A DNA stretch of 38,157 bases from a virus (lineage: Duplodnaviria > Caudoviricetes): IMG/VR virus record IMGVR_UViG_3300005805_000212, positions 1-38,157 of that record. The stretch is one strand, 5' to 3'. Shown here piece after piece: positions 19,934 to 29,324 of this stretch. The notes beneath the pieces were generated by a model. It was not told where the DNA came from, did no database searches, and saw only the letters and a program-made list of their open reading frames with translations. Position 1 is the first letter of the stretch. Every line of letters starts with the position of its first letter. The position numbers and the translations under genes were made by a program.

Positions 19934-20057
19934 GGTCTACCCAGGGGTAGCCCAACAGGATGAGTTGTGGAATTTGATAAACAAACTCGAACAACTCTCA
20001 AGGGGGACCAGTGCACGACCCAACCGCAGGCGCGGAGATTCTTCTCAAAGCGCATGA
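19872..20057 (+). CDS. Small hypothetical protein
   Basis: GGAGG upstream of TTG; overlaps both neighbours. Confidence 0.4.
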   Translation: MTIGEQLTKLELKAIATYLRKVYPGVAQQDELWNLINKLEQLSRGTSARPNRRRGDSSQSA

Positions 20058-20322
20058 ACTAATTACGCGCGACAGACAGAACACTTACTCACATCCGCTG
20101 GATGACTACTCGCGAACCACCGCCATCTTCAATGCGCTGAAGGGCAAGGACATGATGACCGCCGAGGACGGCGTGTTGTTCATGGTGTGCGTGAAACTAT
20201 CGCGCTTGATGCACGAACTGAACAGTAAACAAGACTTGCCCGACAACATCATTGACGCAATCGGATACATGGGCTGCCTGCAAATGATTCGCACAACAAG
20301 GGCGAACAACAATGAAAAATAG
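20011..20322 (+). CDS. DUF6378-like all-alpha protein (possible nucleotide hydrolase fold)
   Basis: ILLKAHELITRDRQNTYSHP...MVCVKLSR...DNIIDAIGY. Confidence 0.65.
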   Translation: MHDPTAGAEILLKAHELITRDRQNTYSHPLDDYSRTTAIFNALKGKDMMTAEDGVLFMVCVKLSRLMHELNSKQDLPDNIIDAIGYMGCLQMIRTTRANNNEK

Positions 20323-20743
20323 CAAATGGGACATTGAGTCCAACACATTCAACTTTGCCAAGGATTTAAAATACGGGCAGATGGGCGAAGGTCGCATACG
20401 CAAGATGTTGGAGAGCCTCGTTGAGGGTTCGTTCGAAGTAAAGTCCGACCGCTATCGCAATGGGAACATGGCGATAGAGATGCGACAGAATCCACGACGC
20501 TGTGGACGCTGGGTCCCCTCTGGTCTGCAAGTAACCAAAGCACAATGGTGGGTGTACATCTTCTCGATGGATGGTGGTTTCATCATCGTGGCAGTAGACA
20601 GACTGAAGCGCTTCATAGAAGCAAACAAAGACACACTAGAGACACGGGACTTTGCGCGCAACTCGGACAACCCAGCATGGGGTTACCTGCTCAAGCCCGC
20701 AGACATCTCTCTTCTGCTGTATGGTGAAGCGTATGACGGCTGA
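20312..20743 (+). CDS. PD-(D/E)XK endonuclease-like protein
   Basis: DLKYGQMGE...FEVKSDR...GNMAIE...SGL..TKAQWW. Confidence 0.6.
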   Translation: MKNSKWDIESNTFNFAKDLKYGQMGEGRIRKMLESLVEGSFEVKSDRYRNGNMAIEMRQNPRRCGRWVPSGLQVTKAQWWVYIFSMDGGFIIVAVDRLKRFIEANKDTLETRDFARNSDNPAWGYLLKPADISLLLYGEAYDG

Positions 20744-21044
20744 AGAACTCGCCCGCTGTCCGTGGTCGTTAGTTGCGGTGCATTGGATTGATGCGTTCGA
20801 TTCGCAGAACGGCTGGATAAACACGAAGGAATACAGAGCCAAACCCCAGCACGTGATTAGCGTCGGCTGGCTGTGGCCCGATTTGCTGGAAGGATACGTG
20901 TCAGTCACGTGTTCGTGGTGCCCCGACGAGGAACCAGAAATGGAAACCGTCGGCATGGTCACGCACATTCCGACTGGGATGGTGCAAAAGGTTGTCGTAC
21001 TCGGCGAACCAGATTGGGTTGCAAAACGAATTCGCACGCCCTAG
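20733..21044 (+). CDS. Conserved phage hypothetical protein
   Basis: VHWIDA...GW...SVGWL...IPTGMV pattern; start at ATG 20733. Confidence 0.6.
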   Translation: MTAEELARCPWSLVAVHWIDAFDSQNGWINTKEYRAKPQHVISVGWLWPDLLEGYVSVTCSWCPDEEPEMETVGMVTHIPTGMVQKVVVLGEPDWVAKRIRTP

Positions 21045-21047
21045 GAT
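21019..21047 (+). promoter_or_regulatory. Sigma-A-type promoter of recombination operon
   Basis: TTGCAA-N17-TAGGAT; palindrome CGAATTCG in spacer; RBS AAAGGAGG at 21061. Confidence 0.6.
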
Positions 21048-21072
21048 GTCATCAACGAGCAAAGGAGGCTCA

Positions 21073-22020
21073 ATGAATATCAGGAAAATCAGCAAACCCA
21101 CGCACGGCTCCGCCGAATGGCTGGCAGTGCGATGGAAAGATGAGAGTGGTCTCGCTCGAATTTCGGCGAGCGTCGCAGCGTCAGTGCACGGCGTCAACCC
21201 ATATATGACGACGGCTGACTTGGTCACCGAACTCATCGCCGCCGAACCGCCGCAGCCCAAAGAGCCGAACTCGGCGATGATGCGAGGCAACGTCCTTGAG
21301 ACACCAATCAGGAACTGGTCGGCGCAACTTCTTGGCTACGAACTGTACGAGCCACAAGAGATGTACGTCTACGAAGAGGACGGCGTGCGCCTTATCGCAA
21401 CCATAGATGCCATCAACCCAGATGGTCTGGTGCACGAAATCAAGACACGCAAGCGTCGTTGGGACAACAAGATGCCCGACATGTGGTACTGGCAGGGCGT
21501 ACAGCAAGCCATCTGCACTGGCACAGACAAGGTCATCTGGTGCATTCTTGATGGGGACCTGGACCTCAAGTTCCACACGCAAAACGTCACTTCCGATGAG
21601 AAGCGCATACACATTGAGGCTTGTCGCAGGCTGCTGTCGTACGTGGACATGGGCATGTACCCCGACGACGTGATGCCCAGTTACGACAACATCAAGGACC
21701 TGTACCCCAAGTCCAACGACTCCACCGTCACCCTGCCTACCGAAGCCAAGGAACTGCTCGTCATGTTGCAGAAAATGAACCAGCACATCAAGTCACTGAC
21801 CGATTCGGCGACCCAGATTCAGGCTGAACTGTGCAAGATGATGGGCGAGTCACAGTATGCTGTCATTGACGGTGTAGTTGTGGCTACATGGAAACCAGTT
21901 GTTCGTAACTCATTCGACCAGAAGAAGTTTGAGAAAGAACACTCTGCTCTATACCAGAAATACAAGAAAGCAACCACATACAGGCAATTCAAAATCAACA
22001 AACAAGGAGAAGAACAATGA
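21073..22020 (+). CDS. YqaJ-like (lambda Exo family) exonuclease
   Basis: EWLAVR, ISASVAA..GVNPY, RGNVLE, ATIDA, HEIKT, WQGVQQ motifs; strong RBS before ATG 21073. Confidence 0.85.
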   Translation: MNIRKISKPTHGSAEWLAVRWKDESGLARISASVAASVHGVNPYMTTADLVTELIAAEPPQPKEPNSAMMRGNVLETPIRNWSAQLLGYELYEPQEMYVYEEDGVRLIATIDAINPDGLVHEIKTRKRRWDNKMPDMWYWQGVQQAICTGTDKVIWCILDGDLDLKFHTQNVTSDEKRIHIEACRRLLSYVDMGMYPDDVMPSYDNIKDLYPKSNDSTVTLPTEAKELLVMLQKMNQHIKSLTDSATQIQAELCKMMGESQYAVIDGVVVATWKPVVRNSFDQKKFEKEHSALYQKYKKATTYRQFKINKQGEEQ

Positions 22021-22811
22021 GATTCAATCTGGACAACTACGAGACAGTTGAGCAAAGGCTCGCCAAGTTCTGGGAGGAATACCCGAACGGTCAAGTCTTC
22101 ACCTCAATCCACCATTACGACGACAGCCGTGTGGTGTTCAAGGCTGAGGTGTACAAGGACATTAGCGACCCACGCCCAGTGGCAACTGGATTCGCAGAAG
22201 AGGTACGCGATGCCAGCCCAGTGAACCGCACATCCCACGTAGAAAACGCAGAGACCTCCGCAATCGGTCGCTGCCTAGCCAACTGGAAATACGCCTCCAA
22301 GACCCAGCCCCGTCCCAGCCGACAGGAGATGGAGAAGGTACAGCGCATGACCGAGGCTCCCCGCAACGACGCGGACCTGGTCACCAAGTTCCGTGAGGCG
22401 TGCGCCAAGGTTGGTCTTGACCCACAAGATGTGGCAAAAGAGGCAGACGTTGACCTCAACAATCTGACCGATTCGTCCATGCCCAAGTTGCGTGATGCGT
22501 TCAAGAAGATGCAGAACAAGCCAGCAGAGCCAGCCAAAACCGAAGGCTTCGTGCAGCAGGTGCAGGCTGTATTCCCTACGGCTACCGAAGAGGAGCCACA
22601 AATCAAGGACCCAAGCGCCCCAGCAAGTAGCGCACAGATTGGCAAGTTGCGTGCAATGCTGTTGGCAAACAGTATCGGTGAGCGCTCCAAGCAAACCGAA
22701 ACCATTGCCGACATAATCAACCGACCAATCACGAAGTTGGATATGCTTACCAAGGGTGAAGCAAACAAAGCAATCAAGGCCCTCGAAGCACGCGCCAACC
22801 GTGTCTCCTGA
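22017..22811 (+). CDS. ssDNA-annealing protein (Sak/Rad52-like)
   Basis: YETVEQRL..FW, ATGFAEE, ENAETSAIGRCLA; paired with exonuclease. Confidence 0.7.
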   Translation: MRFNLDNYETVEQRLAKFWEEYPNGQVFTSIHHYDDSRVVFKAEVYKDISDPRPVATGFAEEVRDASPVNRTSHVENAETSAIGRCLANWKYASKTQPRPSRQEMEKVQRMTEAPRNDADLVTKFREACAKVGLDPQDVAKEADVDLNNLTDSSMPKLRDAFKKMQNKPAEPAKTEGFVQQVQAVFPTATEEEPQIKDPSAPASSAQIGKLRAMLLANSIGERSKQTETIADIINRPITKLDMLTKGEANKAIKALEARANRVS

Positions 22812-23292
22812 ACGCGAACGCAAAGGCTACTGTCAAGGCAACTATGACAAATGTTCCAATGAACCGTGCCCTATGTTTGGTACTTTGGGAAGACCCGATA
22901 GACGCGGAGTGCGCCGCGTTAGGGGGTGTTCCGACCCTGCCGCAAGAGGTCGTCGCAATAGAACAAAGGGCGATTCAAAGGCGCGTCGTGCCCGTAAAAA
23001 ACTGGGGCTGGGCGGTCATCTTACCCGTCACGAGGAAAACTGGGGCGGTCGCTTTCTTTGTGAAATCAAAGCGGGCGCGCAGGTCGGTCCGATTGCTACC
23101 CGTTTCCAAGCCGCTAAAGCCCAGTCTTATGCGGCGAAGGCGGTGGGCGACATTCGCCCGTTCGTAATGGTCGCAATGCCTGACGGAACCAGCAAAGGCA
23201 TCGTGTTGATGGACCTTGACGAATTCAGCCAGATAGTGTGCCTCATAGACGATATTGAATCACGGCAAGATAAAGGGTCCCTTTCCTCCTGA
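22801..23292 (+). CDS. Putative Holliday-junction resolvase-like nuclease
   Basis: RGRRNRTKG...CEIKAG pattern; Cys-rich N-terminus; follows SSAP. Confidence 0.5.
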   Translation: MSPERERKGYCQGNYDKCSNEPCPMFGTLGRPDRRGVRRVRGCSDPAARGRRNRTKGDSKARRARKKLGLGGHLTRHEENWGGRFLCEIKAGAQVGPIATRFQAAKAQSYAAKAVGDIRPFVMVAMPDGTSKGIVLMDLDEFSQIVCLIDDIESRQDKGSLSS

Positions 23293-23371
23293 GGGCTTGT
23301 CGGCCTCGGTCGCTGGTTACTGGTATTCCCACCGACCGAGGTAAAACCCCCTAACAGGACTGGAGAAACAC

Positions 23372-23902
23372 ATGGAATACATACCAAGAATCTTGGGCTT
23401 AGTCTCAGTAACACTGTTGGCACTTGGCATAACAGACAGGGCTGAGGTTTCTGCACCGCAAACAATTACGACTACGTCAACCACGGTTGTCACAACAACC
23501 ACGGTTGAACCAACCCCCATCACTACTGCCAACGCTGGAGATTCCGCCCACAACTTGTGTGGTCAGTGGTGGGGGTTGGCACAAGAACTTGGCTGGGGTG
23601 CCGAAGAGATGCCCACACTGGACTACCTCATGTGGCGCGAATCCAGGTGCGACCCGACCCAGCACAACACCACCCTGAATGCCGATGGTTCTACCGACAT
23701 TGGGCTTACGCAGGTCAATGACCGTTCATGGTGCCTGCCAACCCGCTGGTATCCAAGTGGATACTTGCAAAGTGTTGGCGTGTTGACTAAGGTTGGCTGC
23801 GAGGAACTATTCGACCCAGCAATCAACCTGAAAGCAGCCAGGGCAATCTATGAATACTCAAAAGAACACAACGGAAACGGCTTCCAGCCGTGGGAGTTAT
23901 AA
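23372..23902 (+). CDS. Secreted SLT-family lytic transglycosylase
   Basis: Signal peptide, Thr linker, RESRC (catalytic E), DIGLTQVN, NLKAA, GFQPW. Confidence 0.8.
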   Translation: MEYIPRILGLVSVTLLALGITDRAEVSAPQTITTTSTTVVTTTTVEPTPITTANAGDSAHNLCGQWWGLAQELGWGAEEMPTLDYLMWRESRCDPTQHNTTLNADGSTDIGLTQVNDRSWCLPTRWYPSGYLQSVGVLTKVGCEELFDPAINLKAARAIYEYSKEHNGNGFQPWEL

Positions 23903-23906
23903 CTAC

Positions 23907-24188
23907 ATGGACCTGTTGAGCGAGTGGGAACTGGTCGACAAAGACGACAGGTTCAAAGAACATGCAGCGTGCAAGAAGGCAGACCCAGCCATCTTCTTCC
24001 CAGAGACAGCAGCCAACAGGGTATACAAAGAAGCAATCGCCATTTGCAAAACGTGTACCGTCTACAAGGACTGTATGCGTTATGCAATCAACAACAAGAT
24101 TCCGTTCGGAGTCTGGGGTGGACTCTCACCCAAGCAACGCGAACGCGATGGCGAACAAATACTCGCTTCTCTTATGGGGCAAGCATGA
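23907..24188 (+). CDS. whiB: WhiB-family Fe-S transcription factor
   Basis: C..FFP...CxxC..C and GVWGG motifs. Confidence 0.9.
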   Translation: MDLLSEWELVDKDDRFKEHAACKKADPAIFFPETAANRVYKEAIAICKTCTVYKDCMRYAINNKIPFGVWGGLSPKQRERDGEQILASLMGQA

Positions 24189-24370
24189 GTGACGAACAGG
24201 TGTTCCAAGCGTGGCTAAATGAACTGCAGATTGTGGTTGATACGCTACGTGAGGACAAGAAAGACCTCCAGCATCGGGTGACCGAGTTGGAGAAACAAAT
24301 AGCCATGTACAAATCCATGGTGGACCGACTAAAACTGGCTATCAGCCAGGGGAGTGATAACTGGATATGA
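24185..24370 (+). CDS. Small coiled-coil protein
   Basis: ATGA-coupled start at 24185; heptad pattern. Confidence 0.6.
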   Translation: MSDEQVFQAWLNELQIVVDTLREDKKDLQHRVTELEKQIAMYKSMVDRLKLAISQGSDNWI

Positions 24371-24591
24371 ATGACAACGCAAACCCAAACACGTGGTACA
24401 AACTCAAGGATGGAACTTGGGGTGCAAAACTCCGTCATCCAGCAAACCCAGGCGACTGCGTCATGCTCGTCACCAAGAAGGGTGAAGAGAAGCCAGTGTG
24501 GCTCATCAACAAGGTTGCATCGTTCCCTGATGCATCTCTGTGGACATGCACCTCAGAGGAGCCAGAGCAAGTAGTGGAACAGCCGTTCTGA
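24367..24591 (+). CDS. Small beta-barrel-like protein, distant paralog of 29698 and 30177 genes
   Basis: TWYKLKDGTW...PGDCVMLVTKKG...SLWTC. Confidence 0.65.
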   Translation: MNDNANPNTWYKLKDGTWGAKLRHPANPGDCVMLVTKKGEEKPVWLINKVASFPDASLWTCTSEEPEQVVEQPF

Positions 24592-24788
24592 TTTACGGTT
24601 GCGACCACTGCGGTACGGTGGAACGTGCACTCAAGAGGTGGGAAACCGCCGACATTGAGGGGTGTGAGTGCGCGTGCCACCTGTACCGTGAAGGAAAACT
24701 AACGGCATCAGAAACCAATTGGAGAAAGAAGAATGCAAAACCAGGCAGTAAAGTGCAAAAAGTGCAACGCGGTAATCGTCCACGATAA
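24588..24788 (+). CDS. Small Cys-rich protein (start uncertain)
   Basis: CDHC...CECACH motifs. Confidence 0.45.
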   Translation: MIYGCDHCGTVERALKRWETADIEGCECACHLYREGKLTASETNWRKKNAKPGSKVQKVQRGNRPR

Positions 24789-24903
24789 ACGAAGTGTCGT
24801 CGGCTGTCATTGTGACCCCGACGCCCCAACATGGGTGTACATCCAGCCAGACGGCAAGGTGCGAGGCTTCTCGCAATCCGAGTGGGAACTGGTGGACTTG
24901 TGA
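24733..24903 (+). CDS. 56-aa Zn-ribbon protein (not in ORF track)
   Basis: RBS GGAG; MQNQAVKCKKCNAVI...GCHCDPDAPTWVYI. Confidence 0.6.
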   Translation: MQNQAVKCKKCNAVIVHDKRSVVGCHCDPDAPTWVYIQPDGKVRGFSQSEWELVDL

Positions 24904-25049
24904 AAGAAAAGTGGACTTGCCCCAACTGTGACAACTCGATAGTTGTCCACGTGCAGTTATCCCAAGCGCCAGTGTGCCACAACAAGACAGCACACACATC
25001 CAAGCAATACGAGATGAACAAAAACCAGGACAACAAAACCAATGATTGA
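24900..25049 (+). CDS. Small Zn-ribbon protein
   Basis: GTGA-coupled; WTCPNC...CHN..H. Confidence 0.55.
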   Translation: MKEKWTCPNCDNSIVVHVQLSQAPVCHNKTAHTSKQYEMNKNQDNKTND

Positions 25050-25260
25050 CCTATGCGAATTCAACGAAGAAGAAAAGCGCGTAGCCGAAGAAGTACTGAC
25101 CGAACTGGTGGTGCTTGCGCTACAGGTGCGACCAGCATTGCGCGATTACATTAGCAATCTGTGCGACGGCGTTGCAGATGTCCTTGATGAGGATGCTGTT
25201 GCGAGAAGCAAACAGTATGCCTTGTTGCGCATCAAACAGTTGAAGGAAACTGAGGAGTAG
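25042..25260 (+). CDS. Hypothetical protein
   Basis: 72 aa; AGGA RBS. Confidence 0.6.
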   Translation: MIDLCEFNEEEKRVAEEVLTELVVLALQVRPALRDYISNLCDGVADVLDEDAVARSKQYALLRIKQLKETEE

Positions 25261-25318
25261 CGCTACCGCTACCGCTACCGAAGTCATTCGGAGCAAAGGG
25301 ATTTCTCGGATTTGGGGG

Positions 25319-25362
25319 CGAACACGCGTTCGCTTGACGACGGGCTGGGGGTCGGGCATACT
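25319..25362 (+). promoter_or_regulatory. LexA-type box + promoter 1
   Basis: CGAAC-ACGC-GTTCG (25319-25332), TTGACG (25334-25339), N17, CATACT (25357-25362). Confidence 0.85.
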
Positions 25363-25406
25363 CTCGGGGTCGGCGTTCGCCGACAACAACCCAACAGGAG
25401 AAACCA

Positions 25407-25730
25407 ATGCCCAAGAAACCAGTCACATTCAGCGTTGCCTTGTCACAAACGGCAAAGCCCAAACGGCGAGGCGCACCAAGCAAGTTGGACAAGGTTCGTA
25501 CGCACCTTGAGCCAATCGGAGAATGGGAGATGTTCCGTGAAGCACTTGTCAACACGGACATTCCCGTACGAGCAATCCACGAAGCCCTTGCCCTATCGGG
25601 CATCAAGGTCACATTCGTCACGGTTCAGCGCTGGCGCAAAGACGCTATCGCCAAGAACAACCTCATCTGGGCGCAAGTAGACCGTGACATGGCGCTTGCC
25701 GAAGTGGAACAACTCAGGGGAGGCAAGTAA
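25407..25730 (+). CDS. Putative HTH DNA-binding protein
   Basis: Basic N-terminus; IPVRAIHEAL..GIKVTFVTVQRWRK helix-turn-helix-like segment; RBS CAGGAG. Confidence 0.55.
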   Translation: MPKKPVTFSVALSQTAKPKRRGAPSKLDKVRTHLEPIGEWEMFREALVNTDIPVRAIHEALALSGIKVTFVTVQRWRKDAIAKNNLIWAQVDRDMALAEVEQLRGGK

Positions 25731-25732
25731 TC

Positions 25733-26458
25733 ATGACCAACGAAGAAGATGTGTTGGCACAAGTCCAACAGATAATGGACGAGGCAGGCAAGGCGCTTGG
25801 CTCAGACAGACCAGAGAGTATCAACTCTGAGTTCAGAGCAGTAGAGCAAGCCATGTGGGGCGAACTCGGCAAGGTAGATGAGACACATCAGATGTTCTCT
25901 ATCTCGGTCGTAGATGAGCCAAGCGACAGAGAACAAGCGCTCAATGATGTCACCAACGGCAAGGCACATCTTGTCCAAGGTGATGGCACTATTGAGGGGC
26001 ATGACGCTGACACGCTTGTCAACCTCAAGCATGTCGCAGATGCCCAAGACATCTACGAGGCACTCAACGACAAGTGGCTCGCACTTGACCTTGCTAGGGA
26101 CAAGGACACCGTTGGTGTTCTTGTACGGCTTGGCGCAAAGTCCTCTACAGCACCAGACCAAGACGAGGACTCCAAGCGCGACTGTACTGTCACCATGATG
26201 GTGATGGCAGGACACTTGTATGTTGCCATCAGACACCATGACGACACAGAGAACCCTGTGTACAACACCATTCACGCAGAGGACTACAAAGGAGAGGACC
26301 GATTGGTCAATGCGCTACTCACCTTCCATGTAGCAGCAAAGATGCTGTTTGAGGAGAACAGGGAAGTAGCAGAGGCAGTCTACAAAGACCTCTCTCGCCA
26401 ACGCGAGAAGGAAGCAAGCAATACCAACAACAAACAACAGTCCAAGGAGGACAAGTAA
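25733..26458 (+). CDS. Acidic hypothetical protein (paralog A)
   Basis: 241 aa; termini resemble those of 28638-29324. Confidence 0.65.
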   Translation: MTNEEDVLAQVQQIMDEAGKALGSDRPESINSEFRAVEQAMWGELGKVDETHQMFSISVVDEPSDREQALNDVTNGKAHLVQGDGTIEGHDADTLVNLKHVADAQDIYEALNDKWLALDLARDKDTVGVLVRLGAKSSTAPDQDEDSKRDCTVTMMVMAGHLYVAIRHHDDTENPVYNTIHAEDYKGEDRLVNALLTFHVAAKMLFEENREVAEAVYKDLSRQREKEASNTNNKQQSKEDK

Positions 26459-26460
26459 CA

Positions 26461-27189
26461 ATGGATACCCAACAGCAAGAAACAACACTCACAGCATGGC
26501 AAAGGGCAGAGTTCGCCATGGAACACTCCAACAGAGTGCTTCTGTACGGACTCCCAGGAACAGGCAAGACCTACTTCGGTCTGACCCATGCGCTCAATGG
26601 CAAAGCCTCATACAGGCTTGCCTGTACTGAGGAGATGACAGAAGCCGACCTCATTGGCTTCTGGAGGCGCAAGCAAGACGGCACTCTCGGCTGGTACGAG
26701 GGCGTTGGCATCAAGGCATGGCGCGAAGGCGCAAGGCTCGTCGTTGATGAAGTCAATCGCATCAACGGTGATGTCGAGAGCAAACTCATGATGTTGCTTG
26801 ACACAGAGGCAAGCGCTTCATGGCAGAACCCAGACACAGGCGAGGTGGTCAAGCCACATAGCGCCTTCAGTGTCGTAGCCACCATGAACGGACAACCAGA
26901 GGACCTAGCGCCAGCAGTGCTAGACCGAATGATTGTTCGTTGTGAGGTCAATGTGCCAAACCCCAAAGCCATTGAGGCACTGCCAGAGTACTTGCGTGTT
27001 CTCGCAAGCACCTTCACTTCAGGCGACGCAGAGCACCGTTACTCGTTGCGCTCCTTCGTGGAGTTCCACAACATGTACCAGCGCTCAGGCAACATGCCCC
27101 ACACAGCACAGGTGGTGTTCCCAGAGGTGGCAGAGTCCATCTTGGACTCACTCGCCATTGTGGCATCGGAAGTAGGCACTAATGCCTAA
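26461..27189 (+). CDS. MoxR/CbbQ-like AAA+ ATPase
   Basis: Walker A GLPGTGKT, DLIG, Walker B VVDEVNR, sensor ATMN, Arg finger LDR. Confidence 0.85.
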   Translation: MDTQQQETTLTAWQRAEFAMEHSNRVLLYGLPGTGKTYFGLTHALNGKASYRLACTEEMTEADLIGFWRRKQDGTLGWYEGVGIKAWREGARLVVDEVNRINGDVESKLMMLLDTEASASWQNPDTGEVVKPHSAFSVVATMNGQPEDLAPAVLDRMIVRCEVNVPNPKAIEALPEYLRVLASTFTSGDAEHRYSLRSFVEFHNMYQRSGNMPHTAQVVFPEVAESILDSLAIVASEVGTNA

Positions 27190-28645
27190 AGCCAAGTACG
27201 GTGTGGGCAAGTTCGCCCCAGAGGCACTTGATGTTCGCAAGAAAGCCAAGCACAATCGCTTTGAGTCCACTGGCACAATGCCAACGACTCTTGACGGTGT
27301 CTCGGTAATCATGTCGGACTCAGAGAAGAGCCACTTGTACTCAGCACCAGAGTCAGAAGGGGCAGAGTTCAGGCGACTACGACGCTTCGGCTTGCTTCTC
27401 TCACGCTACGGACTTGTTGACAAGAACAAGTTCGCCAAGAAGAAAGACATACCGTTGGAGATAGTGACTTGCGCTGAGCGCCTTGTCGCCACATCAGCAT
27501 ACGAGGACATCTACGGTGGAGACCCCACAGTAGGAACAGTCAACCTTGTGCCTTTGGCGTCAATGCTCAACAGCAAGGACTGTCCACCATCAGCACTAGC
27601 CCATGCGTTATCGTATGCCAATACGGCAGCGTTCCCACAACTCTTGGAGTTGATTGCGAACCATGATGTACGCATGGACTTGCTCAATGTGGCAGACAAC
27701 TATCTCTCAAGGAGTAGCGTCAACTACCACGCACAACGCATCAGGACACACATCAACAAAGAAGGCACAGGGAACACCCGTTACACCAACGGTCATTACC
27801 AAGACCTTTGTAACCTGTTGATGAGGTCGGTGGACTCTACGGAAGCCCGAAGGAAGCACCGTGAGCAGCAAGAACAGCAGCGCCAAGCAGAACGGCAACG
27901 CAACCTGCGAGGAAGCGACAAGTACAAGCGCCTTCCCACAGACAAACTTGAGGGCAAGCGCATTGCTCGCAAGGGGCAACCTGTACTGCGAGAGATAATC
28001 CCCAGCATTGACGGTTGGGCTTTCGCGCTACTTGAGAAGATGCCACTAACACTCCCACACACGGGGCGCAAAGGCAGGAAACTGATACCCATGCCGTATG
28101 GCAAGAGCATCAAGTTCATTGCCAGAGAGGACACCGACCCAGAACAGAGGGTGTTCACTCGCAAGACCCGTAGCAAGGGAGGCATCGTGGTAGTTGACTG
28201 CTCTGGCTCAATGTCGTTTGACGATAGCGACCTTGACCGAATCATGGCAGCAACAGCAGGCGCAACAGTAATCTGCTATTCCTCTGGCAACGAACCACAA
28301 GGAGCAAACATGTGGCTCGTAGCACAGAACGGCAGACGCACAAGTCGCTTGCCCCGATTCCCAGGGAACAATGGTGTAGATGGACCAGCACTGGAGTACG
28401 CAATGTCCTTACGCAAGCACAATGAGCCTGTTGTATGGATTAGCGACACCAGAGTCACAGGTGAAGATGACACATGCTCACAGTTCCTACGGGACTGGTG
28501 CTTGTCGTTCTGTGAGCGCCACGGTGCGTACATCACACCAAACTCCTACGAAGCAGCAAGCCTGCTTACCAAGATACAGCAAGGCAAGAAGCCAAGAATA
28601 CGCAAGTTCCGACGAGCAACAGAAGGGTACAAGAACTATGTCTGA
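27182..28645 (+). CDS. VWA-domain partner of MoxR ATPase
   Basis: MIDAS VVVDCSGSMS, GNNGVDGPAL, VWISD; adjacent to AAA+. Confidence 0.8.
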   Translation: MPKAKYGVGKFAPEALDVRKKAKHNRFESTGTMPTTLDGVSVIMSDSEKSHLYSAPESEGAEFRRLRRFGLLLSRYGLVDKNKFAKKKDIPLEIVTCAERLVATSAYEDIYGGDPTVGTVNLVPLASMLNSKDCPPSALAHALSYANTAAFPQLLELIANHDVRMDLLNVADNYLSRSSVNYHAQRIRTHINKEGTGNTRYTNGHYQDLCNLLMRSVDSTEARRKHREQQEQQRQAERQRNLRGSDKYKRLPTDKLEGKRIARKGQPVLREIIPSIDGWAFALLEKMPLTLPHTGRKGRKLIPMPYGKSIKFIAREDTDPEQRVFTRKTRSKGGIVVVDCSGSMSFDDSDLDRIMAATAGATVICYSSGNEPQGANMWLVAQNGRRTSRLPRFPGNNGVDGPALEYAMSLRKHNEPVVWISDTRVTGEDDTCSQFLRDWCLSFCERHGAYITPNSYEAASLLTKIQQGKKPRIRKFRRATEGYKNYV

Positions 28646-29324
28646 TGACAATGAACTGATGGGAGAAGTAGCAAGCATCATAGATGAGGCTAAAGAGCGC
28701 ATCATCAAAGCAAGAGCCGACGAGGCAAAGAATGCCCTGTTGGCACTAGCCAAGCAAGCAACGAATGACAACCTGCTTCCTTCAGGGCAGCAAGTTCTCT
28801 TCTACCTTGTGTCAGAAATGCCTATCAGCGAGGTAGATGCTGACAAGGCAGTACGACCATCTGGGGCAGAGGGCAAGACAATAGAGCAACTGCGTGAGGA
28901 GGGATACACAGGTGGGGCAGTCACAATGCCCTTCACCTTTGACACCTACGACGACGCAGTAGGCAACCTTGAGAGCAAAGTCGGGGCAATCATTGCCGAC
29001 TTCTCTCAACAGCAGAAGCCATGGGCATCAGTGACATGTCACAAAGAGCAAGGCACGACCACATACATCATGGTCGCAGCAGCCTGTGTGACAGTACACA
29101 AAGTGCTACCAACAGGCGACACTGTCACCTCGCACTATGACCCAGAGACAAGCGACACAAAGGACATTGAGCAAGGCCTCTACAAAGAGGGCAAGCGCAT
29201 AGTCCAAGCCCAATACACCTTCACCGTTGCCCCACAAGCAATGAGGAAGCAGTACCCAGAGACCTACAAAGTCATGCTGGAACAAGCCCTCAAAGCCCTA
29301 GGAGAAAGCAATGATGAACAATGA
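28638..29324 (+). CDS. Hypothetical protein (paralog B)
   Basis: Start ATG 28638; termini resemble those of 25733-26458. Confidence 0.65.
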   Translation: MSDDNELMGEVASIIDEAKERIIKARADEAKNALLALAKQATNDNLLPSGQQVLFYLVSEMPISEVDADKAVRPSGAEGKTIEQLREEGYTGGAVTMPFTFDTYDDAVGNLESKVGAIIADFSQQQKPWASVTCHKEQGTTTYIMVAAACVTVHKVLPTGDTVTSHYDPETSDTKDIEQGLYKEGKRIVQAQYTFTVAPQAMRKQYPETYKVMLEQALKALGESNDEQ

